45,784 nt of DNA from a virus, in the UHGV virus genome UHGV-0211200, one strand, 5' to 3'. The position numbers and the translations under genes were made by a program. The notes under the pieces are model-generated. The model was not told where the DNA came from, did no database searches, and saw nothing but the letters and a program-made list of their open reading frames with translations. Shown piece by piece: positions 34,884-42,742 of this stretch (position 1 is the first letter of the stretch; each line of letters opens with the position of its first letter).

Positions 34884-36032
34884 CTATACTGCCACCCTTT
34901 CCCTAATGCTACGCAGTCTTCTATTATCAGTCTGAGCATAAAATTTCATTGTTACTTCCGAACTTGCATGTCCAAAAATTTCCTGTATAATTCCTATCTC
35001 TACACCGTGATTTCTAAGATTCATTCCTAATGTTTTTCTAGATTTGTGCGGATAAACCCTGCATGTAAGTCCTGCCCTTTTTCCTATGGATTTTATTATG
35101 GCTCGAAAACCGCAAGTAGTCATTTTCCCATATGGTTTCCTTGAACGCGGAAACATATATGGGCAATCATCTGTCCGATTGTCTAAGTATAGGCCATAAT
35201 AATATCTTGCATCATCATCCAAATATATAGTACGGTATCTACCGCCTTTTTCCCCCTGAATTAATACATCTCCTGTTCTCATGTCTATCTGGTCCAGGGT
35301 TATTTCCGCAATCTCCCCTATCCTGGCCCCAGTACTTCGAAGTACCTCCAGCAAGGCCCTCTCGCGGATATTTTTGCACGCATCCCTTAATCTTGCAGAT
35401 TCTTCCGGGCTGTAGTAATCAATTGGTTTAATGGGTACTTTTTTAGCCGGTATAGACTCTACCGGATTATCTGTAATAAGCTTCTCAAGGCGCATCCATG
35501 TAAAGAATGCTGACAAAAAACGGCGCTCGTTATTATAAGTGCTAGGCTGGTTTTTCTTTCCTCCACTGGACACATTTCTGATTTCATATCGCGATAAATA
35601 CCAATCAATATCAGTGGTGTCCATCTGGTCCAGTGATTTTGTGCTTATCTCTGTCAGCAATCTTCGTATGGAATTAAGATAGTTTTCTTTGGTTCCTCTT
35701 GCTAAATCACGCTTTTTAATCAGGAATAACTGTATTATGTACTGATTCCGTTGACTTATATCATCTTTTCTTTCTACTGGAAGTGTAGTTATTTCTTCCA
35801 TGTTCACCCTAACCAATTCCTGCTGCATTACATTTTGCAGAATGGTAAGAGTCTGCTGCTCCATGATATATAAGGACATTGCTACCAGTACATTGTTGAT
35901 GATTTCAGCTTTTATTGTCTGTGTACTCATAATTATATCCTCCTCATTCGTATTGATTTTCACGTCTGAGTAAGGTATAATATACTCAGACGTATTTACG
36001 GGAGCGGTGGATTCATCTTGGCGTGTGACCAT
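34884..36032 (-). CDS. second tyrosine recombinase (XerC/D- or Cre-like, SAM-like N-terminal domain)
   Basis: RIGEIAEITLDQID (Arg I), HKSRKTLGMNLRNHG (H-x-x-R), IQEIFGHASSEVTMKFYAQT (H...Y). The true start is possibly an internal Met. Confidence 0.8.
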   Translation of the reverse strand: MVTRQDESTAPVNTSEYIIPYSDVKINTNEEDIIMSTQTIKAEIINNVLVAMSLYIMEQQTLTILQNVMQQELVRVNMEEITTLPVERKDDISQRNQYIIQLFLIKKRDLARGTKENYLNSIRRLLTEISTKSLDQMDTTDIDWYLSRYEIRNVSSGGKKNQPSTYNNERRFLSAFFTWMRLEKLITDNPVESIPAKKVPIKPIDYYSPEESARLRDACKNIRERALLEVLRSTGARIGEIAEITLDQIDMRTGDVLIQGEKGGRYRTIYLDDDARYYYGLYLDNRTDDCPYMFPRSRKPYGKMTTCGFRAIIKSIGKRAGLTCRVYPHKSRKTLGMNLRNHGVEIGIIQEIFGHASSEVTMKFYAQTDNRRLRSIRERVAV

Positions 36033-36132
36033 CGCTCAGTTTTTATTCTGTGCATATATGTTCCTCTATTTATTTTTCTTTAGTCGTAAAATTTCAGTTT
36101 TGGTGAGTAATGATACCCACCAAAACCTACCA

Positions 36133-36333
36133 TTACGCAACATCACTAAGGTACTTATCCAGGGCCTTGCGGATAACCCATGACATGGCCCTGTCTTCTC
36201 GCTGGCAGTAGGCAATCAGTCTCTCCAACTGCTCCGGCTCCATTGATATGTTCTGCTTGATATACTTCCGGCCCGGTTCCTTCTTCGGTCTTCCGCCCGC
36301 CATAGCCTCTGCCCCCTTTCGTGAAATCGTCAA
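36133..36333 (-). CDS. ribbon-helix-helix DNA-binding protein (Arc/CopG-like)
   Basis: 66 aa. KQNISMEPEQLERLIAYCQREDRAMSWVIRKALDKYL gives a beta-strand plus two helices. Followed by the hairpin GTTTTGGTG/CACCAAAAC at 36097-36126. Confidence 0.5.
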   Translation of the reverse strand: MTISRKGAEAMAGGRPKKEPGRKYIKQNISMEPEQLERLIAYCQREDRAMSWVIRKALDKYLSDVA

Positions 36334-36699
36334 TTATTTCTGCATGGTTCCCAGGACTTCCCTCTCAATCCTATCCTCAACCCTGCGGTTCATCCACATA
36401 AGCGCTTCCTCTATGTGGGTAAGAGCGCAGGCATTTTCGCGTGAGGAAAACGGCCCAGCCTGGAATGATTTCAACCTGTCCCGGACAATTTCCAGGAGGT
36501 CACTGTCAATCACTCCTTGAATGGAATCGTCCTCTTTTCTTGGCCCTTTCTGAAATCCGATACGCTGCTCCTTTGGCTGCATCAGCCCGGTGTCTGACAC
36601 AATCAGATATTCATGGTTAGCCCCTCCTGGTCCCTGTTCGTCTACTGCAAATACTCTGTTCAAATTTTCGCGTTTCTGAATTGTTGATAATCCTCTCAT
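36334..36699 (-). CDS. conserved phage hypothetical protein (GANHEY...FQKGP...[10 protein letters not shown] motifs)
   Basis: ORF 36334..36801 trimmed to the Met in MRGLSTIQ, because the 5' part overlaps the DUF551 gene. Confidence 0.4.
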   Translation of the reverse strand: MRGLSTIQKRENLNRVFAVDEQGPGGANHEYLIVSDTGLMQPKEQRIGFQKGPRKEDDSIQGVIDSDLLEIVRDRLKSFQAGPFSSRENACALTHIEEALMWMNRRVEDRIEREVLGTMQK

Positions 36700-36775
36700 G
36701 TTTACCTTCTTTCTCCGCCACTTCGGCAGGTAGCATCCATTTCGGTGTATATTGTTCTTTGCTTTTTGGTTTATG

Positions 36776-37189
36776 TCAGTTTTGCGGATTAAATGGCTCA
36801 TGGATTTTCCATGCTATAACATTTCCATAGGTACGTCCAAACTTATCAAACCATTTATGTCCATCATAAAAGACAAAAAAGTATTCAAGGGTGTCACTCA
36901 TTACAGCAATTTCCATTCTCCTAAGATAGTGTTCCTCACCTTTGGTTCCCAGCCATTCTTCACGCTCTGGCAACCGATCATCCACCGAAATCCAACTCGT
37001 CACTCTATCTAGTTCTTTCATCAAAGCACCAATTGATCTTCGCATAGCCATCATGATACATATATCTCCGCTATCTTCAGACTGCATATCTTTCTTATTT
37101 GAGTAATATCGTTGTATATATCGATTTGCGTCTTCTAGTGCAATATTTGTTAATTCTCTATAATCTTTTTTTGCTACTGCTTCGTTCAT
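36776..37189 (-). CDS. DUF551-domain phage protein
   Basis: [14 protein letters not shown] motif characteristic of DUF551. Confidence 0.55.
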   Translation of the reverse strand: MNEAVAKKDYRELTNIALEDANRYIQRYYSNKKDMQSEDSGDICIMMAMRRSIGALMKELDRVTSWISVDDRLPEREEWLGTKGEEHYLRRMEIAVMSDTLEYFFVFYDGHKWFDKFGRTYGNVIAWKIHEPFNPQN

Positions 37190-37212
37190 CCTCTTCTCCT
37201 TTAAATCCTAAT

Positions 37213-37518
37213 TTATTTAACTATTTGCCTTGCAACGTTCTCAATCAGATAGGTGACAGTCTCTGCCTGTGTATGAGATTCTTTCGCATATATAAACATT
37301 TCCTCTGACATAAGTGTTTTATCAACGCTGTTGATAAAAGTACTTATCATTTCCAGTTCTTCCACTTCGTCATAGCGCACAAATTCTTCTTTACGTTGAA
37401 AACGCCTAAGTAGTGCTTTATCTAGCCTATCTGCTCTGTTGGTAGCTGCTATGATGATTTGTCCATCTGCGAGGTTATCTAATGCTTGCATCAAGGAAAT
37501 AACAGTTTTCCTTAACAA
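37213..37518 (-). pseudogene. isolated C-terminal fragment of a classical AAA+ ATPase (sensor/lid region only)
   Basis: TTG start directly after an in-frame stop. LMQALDNLADGQIIIAATNRADRLDKALLRRFQRKEEFVRYDEVEE aligns to the ...MDGF...VIAATNRPDxLDPALLRPGRFD... region of AAA proteins. No Walker A/B upstream in any frame. Confidence 0.4.
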
Positions 37519-37837
37519 TTAAATTATTGTCTATCTTCAAAGGATCTCCCTCGAAGTTCCAAAACTGAATTTCCTCACATACAGCTCCACATTTCATGCA
37601 TTGATCAAACTCAGACCAAACAACATCAATGTGTTTGCTGTCCTTTATGTATCTTTCCTCTACTGGGCGTTCTGAAATAGGTTGAATATAAATACTTCCG
37701 CATTTTTCGCATGTCATTACTCTTATTTTTCCACGCCCGTATCTAATCAAATTATAAGAGACTTTTATCCTGTCCCACAGACTGTTTCGTCTCATACTGC
37801 TCCTTTCATAAATGCTAATATTCGGTTTCCCCATCAC
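37475..37837 (-). CDS. zinc-ribbon protein
   Basis: 120 aa with CEKCG ... CMKCG pairs. Its 3' end overlaps the AAA-fragment frame by 44 nt. Confidence 0.4.
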   Translation of the reverse strand: MMGKPNISIYERSSMRRNSLWDRIKVSYNLIRYGRGKIRVMTCEKCGSIYIQPISERPVEERYIKDSKHIDVVWSEFDQCMKCGAVCEEIQFWNFEGDPLKIDNNLIVKENCYFLDASIR

Positions 37838-38022
37838 TTACTCAAAAAGTACGCTCCTGCTAAAAGTGCAGTTATAAACATTTCAAAATGCACCATCGCC
37901 CAAATCTTTTGTTTAAATGTAAAATCCATCCCGAATAGACAAATGCATCCGAAGATGACTGCGGAAAACATAAGCCACATACCAATTAATCCATTCATGA
38001 TTATCCTTTCTGCACAATATCG

Positions 38023-38172
38023 CTAATTGTCCTTAAAAATCTCCTCGATTGCGTCTTTGTCCTCCTGGTCCTGTTTAGCCTCCATGTAGCATGTATCGCA
38101 TAATATAGGACCGCCGTGTATATCTGTCCTTTCGCAACAATCACCGCTGCCGCACATTTCGCAAAAAAACAT
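38023..38172 (-). CDS. small Cys-rich zinc-ribbon protein (49 aa), not in ORF track
   Basis: AGGAG 6 nt upstream of the ATG at 38172. Product MFFCEMCGSGDCCERTDIHGGPILCDTCYMEAKQDQEDKDAIEEIFKDN. Confidence 0.3.
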   Translation of the reverse strand: MFFCEMCGSGDCCERTDIHGGPILCDTCYMEAKQDQEDKDAIEEIFKDN

Positions 38173-38594
38173 ACTGCTCCTTCCCGATTTTCCGCCGTTA
38201 AAATGTTAATTCTCCTCTTTCACGATTTCATCATATATTTCGTTAGATACTTCTATAATTTCTTCCACGGTAAACTCTTTATCGTTCGGATATTTATTAA
38301 ATCTCCTAAGGAGCCTGTCCATCCCCTCTATCATTAATCGCTGCTTATCATTCATAAATTTTCCTTCTTAAACATCGATTTTGAATAATTGCCGGTACTG
38401 GCTCCCAGCTTTGGCTTTGGCCCAATCAACGGCCCCGGCTGCCGTCCAACTTTGGCATGGCGCTCCCGTTGCTTTCTCGGCGCGTTATCAGCTCACCCTC
38501 TTTTTTATTGTCTATCTGGTTTTTGCTCCAGAGATTTTTTTACAAGGTCCCTCGTTCGTCCTTGCACCGTATAGCCGATGTGCCAGCTACCGAT

Positions 38595-38840
38595 TTAAAA
38601 TAGTTCATCTATCGTGAGTCCTGTTTCATATGCCTCTCCATTTTTACAAAAGTACACATTTCCATCTCCTAAGACAAAGAATCTATACCATGTTTTTCGC
38701 ACCATCATGATTGCATATGCGATATCCATGGTTTGGTACATATCAAAGACATATCTCCAACTCATCCTCTGCCTCCTATATTGGTGTCTGGAACCGGCAC
38801 GGCATGTCCAGGTAGCACCGGGCCTCCGCCAACGGCGCAT
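38595..38840 (-). CDS. hypothetical small protein
   Basis: ORF in the early region. The start is probably an internal Met (MSWRYVFD...). Confidence 0.25.
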   Translation of the reverse strand: MRRWRRPGATWTCRAGSRHQYRRQRMSWRYVFDMYQTMDIAYAIMMVRKTWYRFFVLGDGNVYFCKNGEAYETGLTIDELF

Positions 38841-38984
38841 CCTCCACCGCTATGAGCGGACACCATTCCGGCCTGTCCATCCGGTTGGATACATCCCTCT
38901 GCCCCGCCGCATTTCACTTCATATCACTATTGCTGCATAGGCAGTAGCGGCACATCGATGGCATTTCTATGGTTAACATTGCTT

Positions 38985-39761
38985 TCATCCCTCTGCCTCC
39001 TCGTCATTTCCGGTACATTGCGAACATCCCTTGCACATTTCGCATGGTTCATCCGCCCAGGCGTCCCCATATCCAATACATGGCCTTTTTTCTTCTGCCG
39101 GTTCTACTCCGCGCAGAATGCATGGCTCCGGCTTCTCGCACCGTTCAAACTCTATCACCCATACCCATGGGTTGGCATCCCATCCATATTTGGCAAGGTC
39201 AAATTTTTTGGTGGTTGAATCCCATAAATCAGAAAACATATCTTCCGCCTGGTCTTCTGCTCCACAAAATCCATCTTCTGATGTTTGCGGCTTACATCTT
39301 TCATTCAATTCCAAACATGGCTCACACCCAAAGGCTCTAACTCCTTCTTTTATCATATCTGGTACTGAAATATCCTGTAATCGCTCCACCCTCACATCCG
39401 TCACCTTCAGCCAGATACGGGCGGCCTTCTTCGGCATATGGATAGACGGCCTCCATTTTGGTTCCTGGCTGTACCCGGCAGTTTTGGCATTTCCTCCATC
39501 TGCCCTATATATGTAATGGTCACACCAATCCCCGTTCCAGGTTTCCCGGACATACAGGATATCCCCTGGATGGTATCTACACAGTTCTTCCGGCTTATAT
39601 CTATCTCCTGTCTCTGGGTCTATGTAGCATATGACCCTTCCATCCACCTCAACGTCAAACTGATTGGATATGTCGGTATCAATCTTTCTCCGTGTAACCG
39701 TCTTGCGCCCTTCCAGTATCGCCTGGACCATATCGCTGTTAAATAATATCGGTCTTACCAT
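38985..39761 (-). CDS. ASCH-like domain protein with Cys-rich C-terminal extension
   Basis: N-terminal MVRPILFNSDMVQAILEGRKTVTRR matches the ASCH/PUA-like signature (...G.KT.E.R). The C-terminus has many CxxC/CxC clusters. Confidence 0.5.
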   Translation of the reverse strand: MVRPILFNSDMVQAILEGRKTVTRRKIDTDISNQFDVEVDGRVICYIDPETGDRYKPEELCRYHPGDILYVRETWNGDWCDHYIYRADGGNAKTAGYSQEPKWRPSIHMPKKAARIWLKVTDVRVERLQDISVPDMIKEGVRAFGCEPCLELNERCKPQTSEDGFCGAEDQAEDMFSDLWDSTTKKFDLAKYGWDANPWVWVIEFERCEKPEPCILRGVEPAEEKRPCIGYGDAWADEPCEMCKGCSQCTGNDEEAEG

Positions 39762-39786
39762 GACCTGCTCCTTCCTCCGATCAAAG

Positions 39787-40014
39787 TCAGTTAAGTAGCT
39801 CTCTAAACTCTTTTGTTGGTGTCCTTACATTCTCCCAATCCAGTTCTGCTGCGCAGCAAGGGCAGCAAACATAATCATCAGCCACACCGTATCCACACAC
39901 TGGACACCGATATTCCGGCTCCATATTTTCAATTCCAGGCCCTTCCCCCATATAAGCCACAATATCAGGCACTACAACCTTAACCAGTCTTAGTTTTCTC
40001 ATTCTTCCGTCCAT
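39787..40014 (-). CDS. small zinc-ribbon protein
   Basis: 75 aa. CPVCGYG...CCPCC. Confidence 0.35.
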   Translation of the reverse strand: MDGRMRKLRLVKVVVPDIVAYMGEGPGIENMEPEYRCPVCGYGVADDYVCCPCCAAELDWENVRTPTKEFRELLN

Positions 40015-40020
40015 CCTCCG

Positions 40021-41172
40021 CTAAATACGTGTTTTGGTTCCCAGTTCTATCTCCGCAATGGCCTTGAATACTGGGTAGAACTGTTGCGGTACTACCGCGT
40101 TTCCGAGGCACTTGATTCTGTCCACCCGGTTGGGAATCCCATGAGCCACTCTACCCACGTTGGGTTCAACTGCCCACTGCCGACTTCCGTCCGGCTCTCC
40201 TCTGCGGCTATCTGGTCGTTTAGGTTCCTGCTTCGTTCCTGGCTCTCCCACCGTTCTTTTTGTCCCGTACGATAATCTCTGGCCTGTGGTGTTGCGTACC
40301 TCATAACCATTTCCGGCAACCCTTGTTGTCTGCTGTTTGGTCCTCTCCGTTTGAAATCTTGGGCGGTCGGGGTAGGGAACAGTTTTGCAACTTGACATAA
40401 ATTCATCAAGCTTTGTCCTCCAGCTTTGTTTTTGTGCCGTATCGTCCCATTTTTCGTTATTATCGGATTCCCAATTTTCTTGTTTACTACATCTGAGGCG
40501 GTAGGGGTTGGCCACATCTTCACAGCATCTGCCAGATTCAGGCTGTGGCGGCTTCCCTCTTTCTGTTCCGATGATTTCAGGTTCCCCACAAAACTGTCCG
40601 ATGCGGTCGGCGTGGGCCACGATTGCGGTCCTGTATCGCTGGTGTGGGGCATTGACACCTGCAGCTGGTATAAGAAATGTCCGTGTGGTGTATCCTTGGC
40701 CCTCCAGGTCAGATAGCACCTTGTCGAGTGCCATATTGATGATTCCAGCAACATTTTCTCCAACAACCCAAGTGGGCCGCAGTTCCGCGATAACCCTAAC
40801 CATTTCTGGCCAGAGGTAACGGTCATCTTCCTCGCCTCGCTGCTTCCCGGCCGTGGAAAATGGCTGGCAGGGGAATCCTCCTGAAATAATGTCAACTGTC
40901 CGCAAACCTGTTCGTTCATAAAAGCTTTCTCCTGTTAATGTCCTTATGTCCCTCCAGCGTGGTACATCCGGCCAATGCCGCTCCAGTATCTTTGTGGGGT
41001 AATCAGCAAACTCGCACTGCCCCACGCTAGAAAATCCTGCCCATTCCGCTGCCAAATCCAGGCCCCCAATCCCGCTGAACAGGGACAGATGGGTGAGCCT
41101 CCGTTCCGGGGCAATGTCCTCTATCTCCATCTGACCATCACATACGTAATGGTCAAACACTTCTAATCCCAT
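40021..41172 (-). CDS. DNA (cytosine-5)-methyltransferase, alpha-like polypeptide (motifs I-VIII and X in this frame)
   Basis: LFSGIGG (motif I), GGFPCQPFS (IV), GENVAG (VI), GVNAPHQRYRTAIVAH (VIII) and C-terminal CLGNAVVPQQ (X). The ~150-aa region between VIII and X in this frame is highly charged with almost no hydrophobic residues, unlike a target-recognition domain. Confidence 0.85.
   Translation of the reverse strand: MGLEVFDHYVCDGQMEIEDIAPERRLTHLSLFSGIGGLDLAAEWAGFSSVGQCEFADYPTKILERHWPDVPRWRDIRTLTGESFYERTGLRTVDIISGGFPCQPFSTAGKQRGEEDDRYLWPEMVRVIAELRPTWVVGENVAGIINMALDKVLSDLEGQGYTTRTFLIPAAGVNAPHQRYRTAIVAHADRIGQFCGEPEIIGTERGKPPQPESGRCCEDVANPYRLRCSKQENWESDNNEKWDDTAQKQSWRTKLDEFMSSCKTVPYPDRPRFQTERTKQQTTRVAGNGYEVRNTTGQRLSYGTKRTVGEPGTKQEPKRPDSRRGEPDGSRQWAVEPNVGRVAHGIPNRVDRIKCLGNAVVPQQFYPVFKAIAEIELGTKTRI
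40092..40919 (-). CDS. nested alternate-frame ORF encoding a C5-MTase TRD/motif-IX-like polypeptide (beta-like); start uncertain
   Basis: Same strand, +1 frame, fully inside the MTase gene. Carries four (W/F/Y)(P/A)TP(T/Q)A(S/Q/R)D repeats and the C-terminal NPTWVEWLMGFPTGWTE, which matches the conserved ...RLQGFPD.. block preceding motif X. Candidate internal start at MPHTSD (about 40652) after AGGTG. Confidence 0.4.
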   Translation of the reverse strand: MNEQVCGQLTLFQEDSPASHFPRPGSSEARKMTVTSGQKWLGLSRNCGPLGLLEKMLLESSIWHSTRCYLTWRAKDTPHGHFLYQLQVSMPHTSDTGPQSWPTPTASDSFVGNLKSSEQKEGSRHSLNLADAVKMWPTPTASDVVNKKIGNPIITKNGTIRHKNKAGGQSLMNLCQVAKLFPTPTAQDFKRRGPNSRQQGLPEMVMRYATPQARDYRTGQKERWESQERSRNLNDQIAAEESRTEVGSGQLNPTWVEWLMGFPTGWTESSASETR

Positions 41173-41187
41173 GGTTTCCTTCCTCCG

Positions 41188-41658
41188 CTAAATGGGCATC
41201 TTGGTGTGTGGCTGCTCTGCCAGCAGTTCCCCCACAGCCTTTGCAAATTCCCGTTTGAGGGCCGGGATATTATCAATCAGCTCCCCATTGGTCACCTTCC
41301 GCTTAATGCCTTTTTCCTTCCGGTATCCATCTGCATATGCCTGGAAATCTATCCTGTTCTTCCGCATCCTGGCAGCAACTGTGGTGTATGTATTACACCC
41401 AAAGTTCGACTTATCGCCCCTTGCCACAATAAGCGGCTGTATGATTTCCTGACGTGTCTTTCCTATCTCTGCCTCCTGGGCCATCCGGCGTCGCATCTCA
41501 AGCTTCCAGGCGTAGGCTTCCGTTATGGTTTCCTCTTTTTTCGGCTTCTCATCCCCTCCTTCCAGAAGCTTAATAATACGCTCCTGGTTATTCTGGATTG
41601 CCCGGAACTTGGCATCCATTTCCAAAAACAGTGCGCTCCTTCCATCCGGTTTTCCCAT
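41188..41658 (-). CDS. hypothetical early protein
   Basis: 156-aa ORF between the replication protein and the MTase. Confidence 0.4.
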   Translation of the reverse strand: MGKPDGRSALFLEMDAKFRAIQNNQERIIKLLEGGDEKPKKEETITEAYAWKLEMRRRMAQEAEIGKTRQEIIQPLIVARGDKSNFGCNTYTTVAARMRKNRIDFQAYADGYRKEKGIKRKVTNGELIDNIPALKREFAKAVGELLAEQPHTKMPI

Positions 41659-41661
41659 AAA

Positions 41662-42378
41662 TCAATCATCTCCTCCTTGTAGCCATTCCTGCGTTTTCTG
41701 TATGGCAATGGCATCATAATCTGTATCACGCTGGTCAAAATTGTGGAATTTATTATTGTTTTGCTTTACAGGTATTTGGGATGGTCTTGCCCTGTCCTGC
41801 GCCCTTGACAGCCATCCGTTTAGGAACCGTTTTGCCCCGCTTCTGGTTTTTCGGTTCTTCGGATTGCTCTCACACCATCCCACAACCTTACGCATCTCCT
41901 GCATGACATCAATGGCCGGATAGAGCTTCTGGAACATGTCCACGTCATTCTCCGTCACATCATACATGGATTTATCATTTAACATAAAGGATATTGCCAC
42001 CGGGCTGCCTGGAGCGGATTTATCCGGCTCCGGGCAAAATGTATTATCATTTACATTATCATTATCATTTACATTAGGTTCTGGTTTGGTTACGGTTTGG
42101 TTATTACTAGGTTTGCATTTGGTTTTGGTTTGGTTATCGTCAGGTTCCACGGAGGTTCTTGGTCTTCCTCCCTTGGTTCCGTTTTGGTATCTCCTGTTAT
42201 TGGCGTCTATCTGTGGTTTTACAAGAAGATAAATAGTACGCTCTATCCCTTCCGTTCCTGGCTCAACGCCATCGAATCCATAGCCCATGATTGCCATAAC
42301 CGCATTTTTAAACTGCTCCGGCGGTAGGGTCTTTACTGCCTCAAAAAAACTTCTGTAAAACACCATGCTGTCCCTCAT
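41662..42378 (-). CDS. putative phage replication / replisome-organiser protein with low-complexity Asn/Asp/Val linker
   Basis: ORF trimmed to MRDSMVFYRSFFEA, whose ATG is 2 nt after the resolvase stop, after GGTGG. C-terminal LYPAIDVMQEMRKVVGWCESNPKNRKTRSGAKRFLNGWLSRAQD resembles the conserved C-terminal motif of Firmicutes phage replication proteins. Confidence 0.45.
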   Translation of the reverse strand: MRDSMVFYRSFFEAVKTLPPEQFKNAVMAIMGYGFDGVEPGTEGIERTIYLLVKPQIDANNRRYQNGTKGGRPRTSVEPDDNQTKTKCKPSNNQTVTKPEPNVNDNDNVNDNTFCPEPDKSAPGSPVAISFMLNDKSMYDVTENDVDMFQKLYPAIDVMQEMRKVVGWCESNPKNRKTRSGAKRFLNGWLSRAQDRARPSQIPVKQNNNKFHNFDQRDTDYDAIAIQKTQEWLQGGDD

Positions 42379-42379
42379 A

Positions 42380-42742
42380 TCAACCACCATCCAACTGTCT
42401 GCCAGCATCCCACTCACGGTAAAGGTTTATCCAATCCTCCAGGCGCATTGTAACCAGCCAGGTGCCACGATTACGGCGGTGAAACACTGCAGGGTATATT
42501 TCCTCGCCGAATGGTAATTTCTCCGCCTCCGTGTCATCTATGGCCTGTCTCATGGCATCCCCAAGGTTAAGGCGCTCTACCCTCTTGCATTCGATGTGTA
42601 TGCCCGGAAGTCCCACCACATCCGCATCACCGTTGGTGCCACAATACTGCTGGCCCCTCCGGCAGTTGTATCCATGGTCCTTAAGGAGATTGGCAAGTTC
42701 CCGTTCACCACGCTTCCCTTTTTCGCGCTGTGCTTTCCCCAT
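42380..42742 (-). CDS. PD-(D/E)xK Holliday-junction-resolvase-like nuclease
   Basis: GDADVVGLPGIHIECK gives a D...E-x-K catalytic motif. 120 aa, located in the recombination/replication cluster. Confidence 0.5.
   Translation of the reverse strand: MGKAQREKGKRGERELANLLKDHGYNCRRGQQYCGTNGDADVVGLPGIHIECKRVERLNLGDAMRQAIDDTEAEKLPFGEEIYPAVFHRRNRGTWLVTMRLEDWINLYREWDAGRQLDGG

Noticed and set aside
40021-41172. Interpreting the methyltransferase locus as a simple frameshift pseudogene
   Set aside because: The outer frame is uninterrupted and has motif X in frame at the end. The inner frame is open for 828 nt and carries the expected motif IX/TRD. Two open overlapping frames fit a two-polypeptide MTase (or compensated indels) better than simple decay. 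This is kept as a finding rather than called a pseudogene.
41523-41738. 71-aa minus-strand ORF
   Set aside because: It overlaps the 3' end of one gene and the 5' end of the next in a third frame. The product is Arg/Lys/Trp-rich with no RBS, and is likely spurious.
42040-42140. Short tandem repeats that might suggest a CRISPR-like or minisatellite array
   Set aside because: Units are 9-16 bp, irregular and in-frame within a coding low-complexity linker. There are no spacer-like unique segments and no cas genes.
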